A stretch of DNA of 64,000 nt from Deltaproteobacteria bacterium (GTDB lineage: Bacteria; Myxococcota_A; UBA9160; SMWR01): contig JAQBHB010000054.1 of NCBI GenBank assembly GCA_032128115.1, positions 1 to 64,000 on the forward strand. The letters are read 5' to 3'. The translations under genes were made by a program, and so were the position numbers. The notes under the pieces were generated by a model, which saw only the letters and a program-made list of their open reading frames with translations, ran no database searches and was not told the DNA's origin. Each line of letters opens with the position of its first letter. The stretch's first letter is position 1. This document shows, in pieces, positions 47,247-57,691 of the stretch.

Positions 47247-47826
47247 CGTGGATCCTCACGGCCTCGGCCAGGGGAAGCACCACGAGCGTCATGCGCGCGC
47301 CCGACACCGCGTCCATCACCACGGTCGCCGCCACGCTCGTGCCGTCGCGATCGAAGCCGATGAAGGCGTCGCCCTGCTGCAGCCAGCCTTCGGGCGTCTC
47401 CATGCCCGCGAATCGGAAGCTGTCGTCGAGCCAGTGATCCTTGCCCAGCGGCGGAGGTGCCGAGTGGTACTCGCGGCGGCCGCTGCTCGGCGCCCGCAGG
47501 GGCAGCGGGACGTCGGGCGACAGGTCCAGGGGCTGGATTTCCGGCTCCGGCTCGCCAAGGGCCTGGGCCTCGGTCACCAGCCATTCCAGGCGGTAGCTGC
47601 CGGCGTCGAGATCGATCAGCACGCGGTGGGGAACCCCGGTCATGACCGAACGCTGGCGTGCCAGCTCGAGCTGTCCGGCCATCTGCAGGGCCTCGTTGCG
47701 CAGGCCCCGCCCCTGGAGTGAGCTCAGGTTCGGCAGCACCAGGGTGGCCATCACGGCCATCAGGGCCACCACCGCCAGCATCTCGATCAGCGTGAACGCC
47801 GCCGCCCGGCGCGTGGGGGGGGTCAT
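47233..47826 (-). CDS. gspH: T2SS minor pseudopilin GspH
   Basis: A|FTLIEMLAVV; AR..S...G; F..DG. Confidence 0.85.
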   Translation of the reverse strand: MTPPTRRAAAFTLIEMLAVVALMAVMATLVLPNLSSLQGRGLRNEALQMAGQLELARQRSVMTGVPHRVLIDLDAGSYRLEWLVTEAQALGEPEPEIQPLDLSPDVPLPLRAPSSGRREYHSAPPPLGKDHWLDDSFRFAGMETPEGWLQQGDAFIGFDRDGTSVAATVVMDAVSGARMTLVVLPLAEAVRIHDDGS

Positions 47827-47831
47827 CCGGG

Positions 47832-48296
47832 TCAGCTCCCGGTGTCGTCGTCGGTCCAGTTCCCGAGGTCCCGGTCGGGGCCCTCGCCGCCCGGTGCGCC
47901 GTCGGCGCCATAGGTCCACAGATCAAAGCTGCGGCTGTTGTGCTGGCCCGGGTACTCGTACTGGTATGGCTCGCCCCACGGATCCACGGGAACGGTCTCG
48001 CTGCGCATGTAGCCGCCCTCCGGGTAATTTCGCGGCTCGGGGCTCCCGCTGGGACGGGTCGCCAGTGCCTCGAGCCCCTGTTCGGTGGTGGGGAAGCGCG
48101 AGTTGTCCATGTGGTAGAGCTCGAGCACCCCCTCCAGGTTCCGGATCTGTGTCTTGGCCGCCGTGGCCTTGCCCTTCTCGACCTGGCTGAAGACCGCGAC
48201 CCCCACGATTCCGCTGAGCAGGCCGATGATCAAGACCACCGCCATGATCTCGATGAGTGTGAAACCGTCCCTCGATTCGTGCATCTGGCGACCCAT
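47832..48296 (-). CDS. gspG: T2SS major pseudopilin GspG
   Basis: G|FTLIEIM, PTTEQGLEAL, DPWG.PYQY, GADG..GGEG. Confidence 0.96.
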   Translation of the reverse strand: MGRQMHESRDGFTLIEIMAVVLIIGLLSGIVGVAVFSQVEKGKATAAKTQIRNLEGVLELYHMDNSRFPTTEQGLEALATRPSGSPEPRNYPEGGYMRSETVPVDPWGEPYQYEYPGQHNSRSFDLWTYGADGAPGGEGPDRDLGNWTDDDTGS

Positions 48297-48308
48297 GGCA
48301 CCCTCCCA

Positions 48309-49538
48309 TCAGTTCAAAGCGCTCGTCATCTCCAGCAGCGGGACGAGCGTCGCAAGAATGATCACCACCACGATTCCGACCATGATCAGGATGAGAAAGG
48401 GCTCGAGAAGTGCCGTGAGCCGCGTCACGGTGGTCTCGACCTGCTCTTCGTAGGTGTCCGCCACCTTGCTGAGCATGGCCTCGAGCTGACCGCTGCGCTC
48501 GCCCACCTCGATCATGTGGGTGACCAGGGGCGGAAACTCGCCGCTGGCACGCAGCGGCGCCGCCACGCTGGCGCCCTCGGTGATGCTATCGCGCGCGGCG
48601 TCGATTGCTTCACCCAGGATGATGTTGTCGGTGACATCCCGCGCCGTGGACAGGGCCCGAACGATGGGGAGTCCGCCGGAGAGCAGCGTCGAGAGCATGC
48701 GGGTGAAGCGGGCGACGGCCACCAGCCGCACCACCCGTCCGATCACGGGCATCCGCAGCTTGACCCGGTCGAAGATCCGGCTGCCCCGTTCCGTGGCGAT
48801 CGCCGCCCGGAAGCCCGCCGCGACTGCGACGCCAGCCGCCAGCATCGCCCACCACCAGTCGAGGGTGAAGTGCGAGAGGCCGATGATCGCGCGGGTGTAC
48901 CAGGGGAGGGGGAGCTTCATGCTCTCCAGCAGGTCCATGATCTGGGGCAGCACCACCGTCACCAGCACCGCCACGACCACCATGGCGAAAAGCGCCATGA
49001 CGCTGGGATAGATCATGATCGAGGCGACCTTGTTCCGCAGGCGAACCTGGCCCTCCAGGTAGTCCGCCAGGCGCTCCAGCACCTGCTCCAGGGCCCCGCC
49101 GGCCTCGCCCGCCCGCACCATGCTCACGTACAGGTTGGGAAACGGCCCGGACTGGGCCAGGGCGTCGGCTAGCGATGCGCCCTGGTTCACCTTGTCGCGC
49201 ACCCGGCCGAGGATCGACTTGAGCTTCGCCTTCTCCATCTGGTCCGTCAGGGCGCCCAGCGCCTCCACCAGGGGAATCCCAGACGAAAGCAGGGTCGACG
49301 CCTGGCGCGTCAGCAGCGCCAGGTCGAGCGGTGCGATGCGCTCGAAGCGGGGCAGCCGGAGGCTCGGGCTCGAACCCTTGTCGGAAGCGGCGGCGGCGGC
49401 CTGGGACTCCGCCACCTCGGTGGGGAAGATGCCGTCCTTGCGCAGCCGCTCGCGGGCCTTGCGTGCGGTGTCCGCATCCAGGAAGCCGCGGGTCGCCTTG
49501 CCCGCCGTGGTAACACCCTTGTATGCGAAGACCGGCAC
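48309..49538 (-). CDS. gspF: T2SS inner-membrane platform GspF
   Basis: PVFAYK, RQ..TLL.SGIPL, GE.GG.L, GERSGQL, LEP. Confidence 0.95.
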   Translation of the reverse strand: MPVFAYKGVTTAGKATRGFLDADTARKARERLRKDGIFPTEVAESQAAAAASDKGSSPSLRLPRFERIAPLDLALLTRQASTLLSSGIPLVEALGALTDQMEKAKLKSILGRVRDKVNQGASLADALAQSGPFPNLYVSMVRAGEAGGALEQVLERLADYLEGQVRLRNKVASIMIYPSVMALFAMVVVAVLVTVVLPQIMDLLESMKLPLPWYTRAIIGLSHFTLDWWWAMLAAGVAVAAGFRAAIATERGSRIFDRVKLRMPVIGRVVRLVAVARFTRMLSTLLSGGLPIVRALSTARDVTDNIILGEAIDAARDSITEGASVAAPLRASGEFPPLVTHMIEVGERSGQLEAMLSKVADTYEEQVETTVTRLTALLEPFLILIMVGIVVVIILATLVPLLEMTSALN

Positions 49539-49552
49539 GCTGTTCGCGCCCC

Positions 49553-51295
49553 TCAGATCTGTGCGACGGTGCCTTCTTCTTCGGTGGCGCGTATCACCTC
49601 GGCGACCGAGGTGACGCCCTGCAGCACCTTTCTCGCACCGTCGGCACGCAGCGTGTGCATGCCCTTGCTCATCGCCTTCTGCTTGATCGACTTGGAGTCG
49701 ACATTCTGCGAAACCATGGCCCGCAGGTCGTCGTCCACCATCATCAGCTCGAAGATGCCCGCGCGCCCCAGGTACCCGGTGTAGTTGCAGGACGAGCAGC
49801 CCTCGGCCCGGTAGAAGGCGAGCGGGTGGTCCGGCGGCCGGATGCCGATCTCGCGGATCTCCGCGTCCGGGGGCTCGTACTCGATGCGGCAAGCCCGGCA
49901 CAACACGCGCACCAGACGCTGGGCCAACACCGCCACCAGCGAGGAGCCCACCAGGAAGGGCTCCACCCCCATGTCCACCAGGCGCGTGATGGCGCTGGGA
50001 GCGTCGTTGGTGTGGAGCGTCGAAAACACCAGGTGGCCGGTGAGCGAGGCCTGGATGGCGATCTCCGCGGTTTCCAGGTCGCGGATCTCGCCCACCAGGA
50101 TGACGGTCGGGTCCTGGCGCAGCACCGAGCGCAGGCCGTCGGCAAAAGACAGGCCGATGCGCGGGTTCACCTCGATCTGGCCCACTCCGGCCAGCTGGAT
50201 CTCCACCGGATCCTCGATGGTGATGATGTTCTTGTCGGTGGTGTTGATACGGGAAAGCAACGCGTAGAGGGTCGTGGTCTTCCCGCTTCCGGTGGGTCCC
50301 GTCACCAGCACGATCCCGTTGGGCCGGCTGATGAGCCGCTCGAGCGCCTGCTGCTGCTTTTCACCGAATCCCAGCTTCTCCAGGTTCAACATCTCCTGGG
50401 TCCGGGGCAGCAGGCGCATCACCACGCGCTCGCCGTGGGTCACCGGAACCGTGGACAGGCGCACGTCGTAGTCGCGCCCCGCGATCTTGAGCCGGATGCG
50501 ACCGTCCTGGGGCAGGCGCTTCTCGGCGATGTTGAGGCCGCCCATGATCTTGATGCGCGACACGATGCTGGCCTGGAGCGCCTGGGGCAGCGGCTTGATG
50601 GGCTCGTAGAGCACGTCGTCGATCCGGAAGCGCACGCGGATCTCGCGCTCGAAGGGCTCCAGGTGAATGTCGCTCGCCCGATCCTTGACCGCGTGCTGGA
50701 GCATGGAGTTGACCAGCTTGATGATGGGCGACTGGTCGGCCGCCTCCAGCAGGTCCTGGGGCTCCTGGCTGGCCTCCATGGCCAAGGCGTCCAGATCGTC
50801 GGCGGCGTCCTCGGCCAGGGCGTCGGTGGCACTGCCGCCCCGGTCGTAGGCCTCGTTGATGGCGCCAAGCAGGGTGCGCTGGGTCGTCAGTTCCACGGCC
50901 ACCTGGCTGCCGCCGAACAACAGGCGCAGGTCGTCGAAGGGCGTGGTGTCCAGGGGGTTGACGGCGACTACGCGCACGGTGCCGTCGGCCGCGCGATCCA
51001 GGGGCAGCACCAGGTGGGCCTTGGCGAATGCGATGGGCACGCGTTCGATCAGCGCCTCGTCCACGTCTTCGCGCTCGATGCGGGTGCGGATGGGGAGCTG
51101 GAGCTGGTGGGCCAGGGCCTCGAGCACCTCGTCCTGGGTCAGGTGGCCCTCGGCCACCAACACGTCCATCAGCCGGCGGCCGCTCTGCGCCTGGGCGCTG
51201 CGGGCTTCGGCCATCTGCTCGTCGGAGAGGCCCGCCTTGCGCCGCAGGATCTCGGCCAGGTCGAGAGAGCCTCCGCGCGCCAGGGCTTCGCTCAC
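49553..51295 (-). CDS. gspE: T2SS ATPase GspE
   Basis: RASDIH.EP, RLPQDGRI, GPTGSGKT, LRQDP, TGHLV.STLH, CxxC...CxxC. Confidence 0.96.
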   Translation of the reverse strand: MSEALARGGSLDLAEILRRKAGLSDEQMAEARSAQAQSGRRLMDVLVAEGHLTQDEVLEALAHQLQLPIRTRIEREDVDEALIERVPIAFAKAHLVLPLDRAADGTVRVVAVNPLDTTPFDDLRLLFGGSQVAVELTTQRTLLGAINEAYDRGGSATDALAEDAADDLDALAMEASQEPQDLLEAADQSPIIKLVNSMLQHAVKDRASDIHLEPFEREIRVRFRIDDVLYEPIKPLPQALQASIVSRIKIMGGLNIAEKRLPQDGRIRLKIAGRDYDVRLSTVPVTHGERVVMRLLPRTQEMLNLEKLGFGEKQQQALERLISRPNGIVLVTGPTGSGKTTTLYALLSRINTTDKNIITIEDPVEIQLAGVGQIEVNPRIGLSFADGLRSVLRQDPTVILVGEIRDLETAEIAIQASLTGHLVFSTLHTNDAPSAITRLVDMGVEPFLVGSSLVAVLAQRLVRVLCRACRIEYEPPDAEIREIGIRPPDHPLAFYRAEGCSSCNYTGYLGRAGIFELMMVDDDLRAMVSQNVDSKSIKQKAMSKGMHTLRADGARKVLQGVTSVAEVIRATEEEGTVAQI

Positions 51296-53886
51296 GGCTC
51301 CTCCGGCGGCGCCAACATCACCGACGGCTCGAGGCCGTGGGAGCGGCGGAGCGCCATGCCCACGCGTTCGGCCTCCTCGACGTTCTCGAACGGGCCCAGC
51401 TGCACCTGGTAGAGGACCGCGCCGTCGACTTCGCCCGAGACCAGGTTGCCGTCGTAGCCGGCGTCCACCAGTTCGGTGAGCTTGCTCACGGCCGCGTCCG
51501 GATCGCTGTAGATGGCGGCCTGGAGGAAATAGCGGGGCGCGGCGCGGGCCGCCTGGGTCGCGGCCTCGGCCGTCTCGCGTTGCTGCTCGTCGCGCTGCGC
51601 CTGTTCGATGTCGCGCATGCGCTCGAGCGGATAGCGCGCCTGGTGGTTGAGCACGGCGGTGCGCACCGGGTTCGCGCTCCTCTCCGGCTTGTATTCCTCG
51701 CCCGCGGCCTCGGCCTCGGCCTTGCGCTCGGCCTCGTGGGCGCGCACCTCCTCGATGCGGCCGATCTCCACCCCGGCGCTCTCCGTGAACTCCTCGCGCT
51801 TGCGAATCGTCTCCAGCTCGAGATCCTGCGGATTGCGAATGATGTGCGGCGTCAGGAACACCAGCAGGTTGGTCTTCGTCAGCGTCTTCGTAGTGGTCTT
51901 GAACAGCCAGCCGAGGATCGGGATGTCGCCGAACCACGGCACCTTGCTGACGATGTCGGCGTAGTTGTCGCTGATGAGGCCGCCCACCACGATGGTTTCG
52001 CCGTCGGAAACCACCACCGTATTCTCGATGTTGCGGGTCGAGAGCGGCACACCCACGTCTTCGGCGGCGCCGGTGACGGAGATCAGGCCCTCGTTGATGG
52101 CGCTGATCTCCTGGTAGATGTCCAGGCGCAGGGTGTTGCCCTCGGTGATCTGGGGCGTCACCCGCAGCGTGACGCCGATGTCCTGGCGTTCCACGTTGAC
52201 CGAGGTGGATAGGCCCAGCTGCTGGCCCTGGGCCGACTCCACCCGGCTGCTGATGATGGGAATGTTGTCGCCGATGCGGATCTCCGCCTCCTCGTTGTCC
52301 GAGGTGAGGATGTGGGGCGCGGCCACGATGTTGCGTCCTGTCTCGCTGGCGGAGGCGCGGATGATGCCCTGGATCAGGGTGCCGGAGGTTTCGCCGGTAA
52401 CTTCGTCGGTTTCCAGGGTATTGCGAAGGAAGTTCGTGATGAAGGGCGCCGCGGCCGCTCCCGCGGGCCCCCCCAGCGCGGTTCCGACCAGCTGGTTCGT
52501 ATTGCTATCCGTGGCCGACGCCACCGTCACGTCGTAGGTGTCGGTCACCAGGCGGTAGATGCCGTTGAAGCCCAGCTCCTCGCCGTCGGTGACGTTCACC
52601 TCCATGATCAGCGCCTCCACCAGCACCTGGGGCCGCTGGATGTCGAGCTTCTCGATCACCGCCATGGCGGTGGCGTAACCCTCCTTGCTGGCGCGGATCA
52701 CCAGCGAGTTGGTGGCGGGGTCGGCGGTGATGGTGATGCCCTCGTCCAGGCCCGCCACCGCCGTGCGCAGCTGCTGGGCCTGGGCGCCGCCCAACGCACC
52801 GGCTGCGGCCGCACTGCCACCGCCTCCGGTGATCAGGGAACTCAGCGTCTGGGCCAGCTCCTCGGCATTGGCGTGCTTCAGGTAGTAGACGCGGATGCGG
52901 CCGCCGCCCTCGATGGGCACGTCGAGCTTGTGCACCAGCTCGCGGATGTCTTCCAGCTGGTTGCGCGCCGCCAACACGATCAACGAATTGGTGCGGTCGT
53001 CGGTGAGGATACGGACCTGCCGCAGCGGCGAAACGCTGCCCGCAGCCGTCGGGGGGTTGCCGCCGCGACGCGACGCCGACGTGCGGCGAGCCGCGGCGCG
53101 GGTGCCGCCGCCCGCGGCAGTTGTAGCCACCTCGGCTCCGTAGATTTCCGAGATCTGGTCGGCCAGGGTGCCCGCGTCGGCGTGTTGGATGCGCATCACC
53201 GTGAGCTCGTCCCGGTAGTTCTCCACATCGATCGATTCCAGGATCGAGAGGATGCGCCTGATGTTGGAGGCCGACTCCGTCAGGATCACGGTGTTGGTGG
53301 GGCCATAGGCCGCCATGGCCGCGTCCTTGGAGACGAGCGGCTGCAGCGTCGACACGATCGACTCGGCGTCGATGTACTGCAGGGGAATCAGCTGGGTGAG
53401 ATACGAGTCGCGGTTCGGCGGTGGGTTGTTGCTCTGCAGCGTCCGGATGTTGGATTCCTTGGCGTCGCGGATGGGGATCACCTTCATGGCCCCGCCGGGT
53501 GTCTGGACCGTGGTGAAGCCCTTGACCTGGAGCACCGATTCGAAGACCGCGTAGGCCTGGCTGCGCGGGATGGCCGTGGGGGAGACGATGGTGACGCGGC
53601 CGCGAACCCGGTCGTCGTAGATGAAGTTGGTCTTGGTCATGGAGGCGATGGTGGCGATCACCACCGACAGCTCCACGTCCTTGAAATCGAGGGTGACCAT
53701 GTCCTCGTCCGAATCGAGCGGCGGCGGCGAAAGCTCCAGGGGCGGATTTTCCGCTGCGATGACGTCGTTCGCCAGCGCAGTCATCATCGGCAGCACCCAG
53801 AGCAGGGCGGCCGCGGCGGCCCACAGGCGCCTCGTCGTTCCCGCTCGTCTTTTCGAAGTCGTTCGCACCGGCCTTCCTATTCCCAA
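51292..53886 (-). CDS. gspD: T2SS secretin GspD with C-terminal SPOR-like domain
   Basis: N0-N3 domains, LD..RPQVLVEALI, DNEEAEI.IG, VTPQI, KVP..GDIPILGWLF, L.VFLTPHII. Start is uncertain. Confidence 0.95.
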   Translation of the reverse strand: MGIGRPVRTTSKRRAGTTRRLWAAAAALLWVLPMMTALANDVIAAENPPLELSPPPLDSDEDMVTLDFKDVELSVVIATIASMTKTNFIYDDRVRGRVTIVSPTAIPRSQAYAVFESVLQVKGFTTVQTPGGAMKVIPIRDAKESNIRTLQSNNPPPNRDSYLTQLIPLQYIDAESIVSTLQPLVSKDAAMAAYGPTNTVILTESASNIRRILSILESIDVENYRDELTVMRIQHADAGTLADQISEIYGAEVATTAAGGGTRAAARRTSASRRGGNPPTAAGSVSPLRQVRILTDDRTNSLIVLAARNQLEDIRELVHKLDVPIEGGGRIRVYYLKHANAEELAQTLSSLITGGGGSAAAAGALGGAQAQQLRTAVAGLDEGITITADPATNSLVIRASKEGYATAMAVIEKLDIQRPQVLVEALIMEVNVTDGEELGFNGIYRLVTDTYDVTVASATDSNTNQLVGTALGGPAGAAAAPFITNFLRNTLETDEVTGETSGTLIQGIIRASASETGRNIVAAPHILTSDNEEAEIRIGDNIPIISSRVESAQGQQLGLSTSVNVERQDIGVTLRVTPQITEGNTLRLDIYQEISAINEGLISVTGAAEDVGVPLSTRNIENTVVVSDGETIVVGGLISDNYADIVSKVPWFGDIPILGWLFKTTTKTLTKTNLLVFLTPHIIRNPQDLELETIRKREEFTESAGVEIGRIEEVRAHEAERKAEAEAAGEEYKPERSANPVRTAVLNHQARYPLERMRDIEQAQRDEQQRETAEAATQAARAAPRYFLQAAIYSDPDAAVSKLTELVDAGYDGNLVSGEVDGAVLYQVQLGPFENVEEAERVGMALRRSHGLEPSVMLAPPEEP

Positions 53887-53927
53887 ACTATTCCCAAACT
53901 ATTCCCAAACGAAGTCGCAAACGAAGT
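53877..53927. repeat. 11-bp x3 (CTATTCCCAAA) plus CAAACGAAGT x2 filling the gspC-gspD gap
   Basis: Directly visible; AT-rich relative to its context. Confidence 0.9.
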
Positions 53928-54880
53928 TATTCGTAGATGAAGTGCAGGCTGCGGCCGCCCTGCAACACCACGTCCACCTCATCGGCCTGGGAGAACTCGG
54001 CCAGGATCTTTGCCGTGTCCTGGGTGCTCTCGATGGGCTGGCCGTTGAATTCGATGATCACGTCGTTGTTCTTGAGTCCGATCCGTTCGAACAGGCTTCC
54101 GGGCTTGATGGCCCGCAGCTCGAGGCCCACCATCTGATCGTCCTCGAACTTGGGGATCATGGTGGCCTGGGAGAGCAGGGCGCCCGGGTTCCGGACCAGC
54201 TCCTCCACGTCTGCGCGCGGCACCGAGAAGCGGTCCTCCGCCACCTGGCGCAGGTTCTTGCCCAGATCCGTGCTCTCCTGGCTGCGCGGCGCGCGCCGCG
54301 ACGACGTGCGCGCCGTGGGCGAGCTGCGGGGCGATCTCGCGGAGGCAAGGCTTCGCGCGCGGGCCGCGCGGGCCGACGGGGCGGCGCTGGTGGTAGTGGT
54401 GGGGAGTGCGTCATCGTCAATGGAGAGCTTGCGGTGCTCGCCGTTCTCGGACAGGACGATCAGCTTGCGCTCGATGCGCACTACCTCGGCCTTGCGGTTC
54501 TTCAGGCGGGAGCCCACCTGCACCACCTCGACCTCATGCGATTGCGTGTCCTCTACCGCCGCCCACGAGAAGATCGGGTTGCTGGCCGCGGCGGTGCCAC
54601 GCAGTTCGAGCGGGAGGCGCGTGTCCTCGAGCGACACGTTCGCCGGCAGCGGGGCCGCCGCCGGCGCCAGGATCGAGGCGTTGAAGAGATTGCGCGTCAG
54701 GATGACCTGGGTGTCTTCCCAGCTGTTGACGGCCGGCGCCGCGGCAGCGGGCGCGACATCCTCGGCCGCGGCCGTGGGCATCAGCAGGGCCGCAAATACC
54801 GAGTTGGCGGTGTTCGCCGCCAGAAAGCAGCAAAGCACGAAAAGCCCCGAATTGGCGGTCCAGCTGAGCGTTCGACCCAT
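53927..54880 (-). CDS. gspC: T2SS protein GspC (HR + PDZ)
   Basis: N-terminal TM, RNLF, L.L.GT, HR domain, PDZ-like GL...DVI..FNG. Confidence 0.9.
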   Translation of the reverse strand: MGRTLSWTANSGLFVLCCFLAANTANSVFAALLMPTAAAEDVAPAAAAPAVNSWEDTQVILTRNLFNASILAPAAAPLPANVSLEDTRLPLELRGTAAASNPIFSWAAVEDTQSHEVEVVQVGSRLKNRKAEVVRIERKLIVLSENGEHRKLSIDDDALPTTTTSAAPSARAARARSLASARSPRSSPTARTSSRRAPRSQESTDLGKNLRQVAEDRFSVPRADVEELVRNPGALLSQATMIPKFEDDQMVGLELRAIKPGSLFERIGLKNNDVIIEFNGQPIESTQDTAKILAEFSQADEVDVVLQGGRSLHFIYE

Positions 54881-54928
54881 GATGTTTTACTCGGTCTACC
54901 GGCGTCATACCCGCCGCCGCCGTCCACC

Positions 54929-54986
54929 CCTGCCGGAACCGGTTAGACCTGCCGGAACCGATTAGACCTGCCGGAACCGGTTAGAC
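54929..54986. repeat. 19-bp tandem repeat x3 upstream of gspC
   Basis: CCTGCCGGAACCG(G/A)TTAGA x3. Confidence 0.92.
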
Positions 54987-54993
54987 ACCGGGG

Positions 54994-54999
54994 ATTATA
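54994..54999 (-). promoter_or_regulatory. Candidate -10 element of the gsp operon
   Basis: Perfect TATAAT on the minus strand in GC-rich DNA; no clear -35. Confidence 0.5.
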
Positions 55000-55331
55000 C
55001 CCCGGCATCCGCGCCACGTCGGGATCCTTCGGAATTTCGCGAGGTTACGCAAGTCACACGCAGGTTCGCCGGCGTCCCCCCGCTCCCTGTTGAGACACCC
55101 GATGGGGAACTTGCGTTCGCTTGCCGTCGGAGATTCCGGTTTTCGTCTCGTCGGGCGGATGCGGCCCGGCCCCCCGGTTGACATTCAGTCGCAAGCGCCG
55201 AGGTTTCCGGCCGCGAGGCTGGCCGATCCGGGCGTCCCCGGGGGGGAAGCCGCGTTCGAGCAGAGACACCAAGCGGGCCGCTGACGACGCTGACGAGATT
55301 GGGCCCGGGAGCCGGGAGAAGAGGAATCGAC

Positions 55332-57257
55332 ATGGCGGAGACCGGAAAGGTCATCGGGATCGACCTGGGCACCACCAATTCGGTGGTCGCGGTGATGGAG
55401 GGCGGCCAGCCCACGGTCATCGCAAACGAGGAGGGCGGTCGCACGACCCCCTCGGTCGTCGCCTTCACGGATGAGGGCGAGCGCCTGGTGGGCGCCATCG
55501 CCAGGCGCCAGTCGGTGACCAACCCCACCGGAACCGTCTACTCGATCAAGCGCTTCATGGGGCGCCGCCGCGACGAGGTTTCCGAGGAGATCACCCTGGT
55601 GCCCTACCAGGTGATCGAGGGCAAGGAGGGTACCGCCTCGATCCAGGTCAGGGACGACGTCTACACGCCGCCCGAGATCTCGGCCATGATCCTGCGCAAG
55701 CTCAAGGAGGCCGCCGAAGCCCACCTGGGCGCCCGGGTCTCGGGCGCGGTGATCACCGTGCCCGCCTACTTCAACGACGCCCAGCGCCAGGCCCCCACGG
55801 ACGCCGGCGCCATCGCGGGCCTCGACGTGAAGCGCATCATCAACGAGCCCACCGCGGCAGCACTCGCCTACGGGCTCGACAAGAAGGAAGACGAGAAGAT
55901 TGCCGTGTTCGACTTCGGGGGCGGGACCTTCGACATCTCGATCCTCGAGGTGGGCGAGAACGTGGTGGAGGTGAAGGCCACCAACGGCGATACCCACCTG
56001 GGCGGCGACAATCTGGACCAGCGCATCATCGATTTCCTGATCGCCGAGTTCAAAAAGGACCAGGGCCTCGACCTGGCCAAGGATCCCATGGCGCTCCAGC
56101 GCCTGCGCGAGGCCGCAGAGAAGGCCAAGGTCGAGCTCTCGAGCGCAATCAGCACCGACATCAACCTGCCGTACATCACGGCAGACAAGACCGGTCCCAA
56201 GCACATGACCCTGAAGCTCACGCGGGCCAAGTTCGAGCAGCTGGTCGAAGACCTGATCGACCGCAGCCTCGAGCCCTGCCGGATGGCCCTGTCGGACGCG
56301 GGCCTCACGGCCGCGGACATCGATGAGGTGGTGCTGGTGGGCGGCTCGACCCGCATCCCCATGGTTCAGGAAAAGGTGAAGGCGCTTTTTGGCCGGGAGC
56401 CCAACCGGACCGTGAATCCCGACGAAGTCGTTGCCGTGGGTGCGGCGGTGCAGGGCGGTGTGCTGGCCGGCGACGTGAAGGACGTGCTGCTGCTTGACGT
56501 GACGCCCCTGTCGCTGGGCATCGAGACCCTGGGCCAGGTGATGACGAAGCTGATCGAGAAGAACACCACGATCCCGACCCGGCGCAGCCAGGTCTTCTCG
56601 ACTGCGGCCGACAACCAGCCGCAGGTGGAGATCCACGTGCTCCAGGGCGAGCGCGAGGTGGCCACCGGCAACCGCACCCTCGGGCGCTTCATCCTGGACG
56701 GCATTCCGGCGTCGCCGCGCGGCGTGCCCCAGATCGAGGTGAGCTTCGATATCGATGCCAACGGCATCCTGTCGGTCGCGGCCACGGACAAGGCCAGTGG
56801 CAAGGAGCAGTCGATCCAGATCCAGGGCAGCGGCGGCCTGGCCCGTGATGAGATCGAGCGGATGGTACGGGAGGCGGAGTCCCACGCGGATGAGGACAAG
56901 GCCCAGCGCGCGAAGGTGGAGAAGCACAACGCGCTGGACACCATGATCTATCAGGCCGAGAAGCAGCTGAAGGACAATGCGGACAAGCTCTCCGAGTCGG
57001 ACCGCCAGGGCCTGAATACGGCGCTCGAGTCGGCCAAGGCCGATCTCGAGAGCAATGACGTGGCGCGCCTGGACGCCGCACGCCAGCGCCTGGAGCAGGA
57101 GCTTCACAAGCTCGCCGAGGTGCTCTACAAAGCCCAGACGGCCGAGCCGGGGGCCGAAGCCGGGGATCGCGCCGGCGGCTCCGCAGGTGGCCCGGCCGCG
57201 TCCGATGACGCTGACGTGATCGACGCCGAATATACGGAGGAGAAGGGGGACGGCTGA
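55332..57257 (+). CDS. dnaK: Chaperone DnaK (Hsp70)
   Basis: [52 protein letters not shown]. Confidence 0.97.
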   Translation: MAETGKVIGIDLGTTNSVVAVMEGGQPTVIANEEGGRTTPSVVAFTDEGERLVGAIARRQSVTNPTGTVYSIKRFMGRRRDEVSEEITLVPYQVIEGKEGTASIQVRDDVYTPPEISAMILRKLKEAAEAHLGARVSGAVITVPAYFNDAQRQAPTDAGAIAGLDVKRIINEPTAAALAYGLDKKEDEKIAVFDFGGGTFDISILEVGENVVEVKATNGDTHLGGDNLDQRIIDFLIAEFKKDQGLDLAKDPMALQRLREAAEKAKVELSSAISTDINLPYITADKTGPKHMTLKLTRAKFEQLVEDLIDRSLEPCRMALSDAGLTAADIDEVVLVGGSTRIPMVQEKVKALFGREPNRTVNPDEVVAVGAAVQGGVLAGDVKDVLLLDVTPLSLGIETLGQVMTKLIEKNTTIPTRRSQVFSTAADNQPQVEIHVLQGEREVATGNRTLGRFILDGIPASPRGVPQIEVSFDIDANGILSVAATDKASGKEQSIQIQGSGGLARDEIERMVREAESHADEDKAQRAKVEKHNALDTMIYQAEKQLKDNADKLSESDRQGLNTALESAKADLESNDVARLDAARQRLEQELHKLAEVLYKAQTAEPGAEAGDRAGGSAGGPAASDDADVIDAEYTEEKGDG

Positions 57258-57296
57258 TCCCCCGTCGCGAGGCGGTGGCCCCCCGACCCCGAAGTC

Positions 57297-57691
57297 GTGA
57301 GTCAACCCAGACGTAGCGGCCCGTTTGCCGAGCTGTACGGCGAATTCGCCGACCGGCTTCGCGGCGATCGCTGGCAACCGGACGTGGATGTGTTCGAGAC
57401 CGACCAGGGCGTGATCGTCCGGGTCGAGATCGCCGGGATCCAGTCCGAGGATGTGCGGGTGAACGTGGACGGTCAGGTGCTCCGGCTGAGTGGTGAGCGT
57501 CGGCCGCCCGAGGGGCCGGACGTGCAGCGACTGCACCAGATGGAGATTGCCACCGGGCCGTTCGAACGCCGCGTGCGCATTCCCATTCCCTTCGATCGGG
57601 ATCGCGTTTCGGCCCACCTGGCAGACGGGTTCCTGACCGTGACGCTTCCGCGCCGGCCCTCGCCGCGACGCGAGGTGAAGGTCGAGAGTTG

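Noticed and set aside
54929..54986. CRISPR array (also considered for 25888-25960 and 21976-22042)
   Set aside because: Repeats are directly adjacent with no spacers, and there are no cas genes.
55000..55331. CIRCE element or clear heat-shock promoter upstream of dnaK
   Set aside because: No TTAGCACTC-N9-GAGTGCTAA; TTGACA at 55178 lacks a convincing -10.
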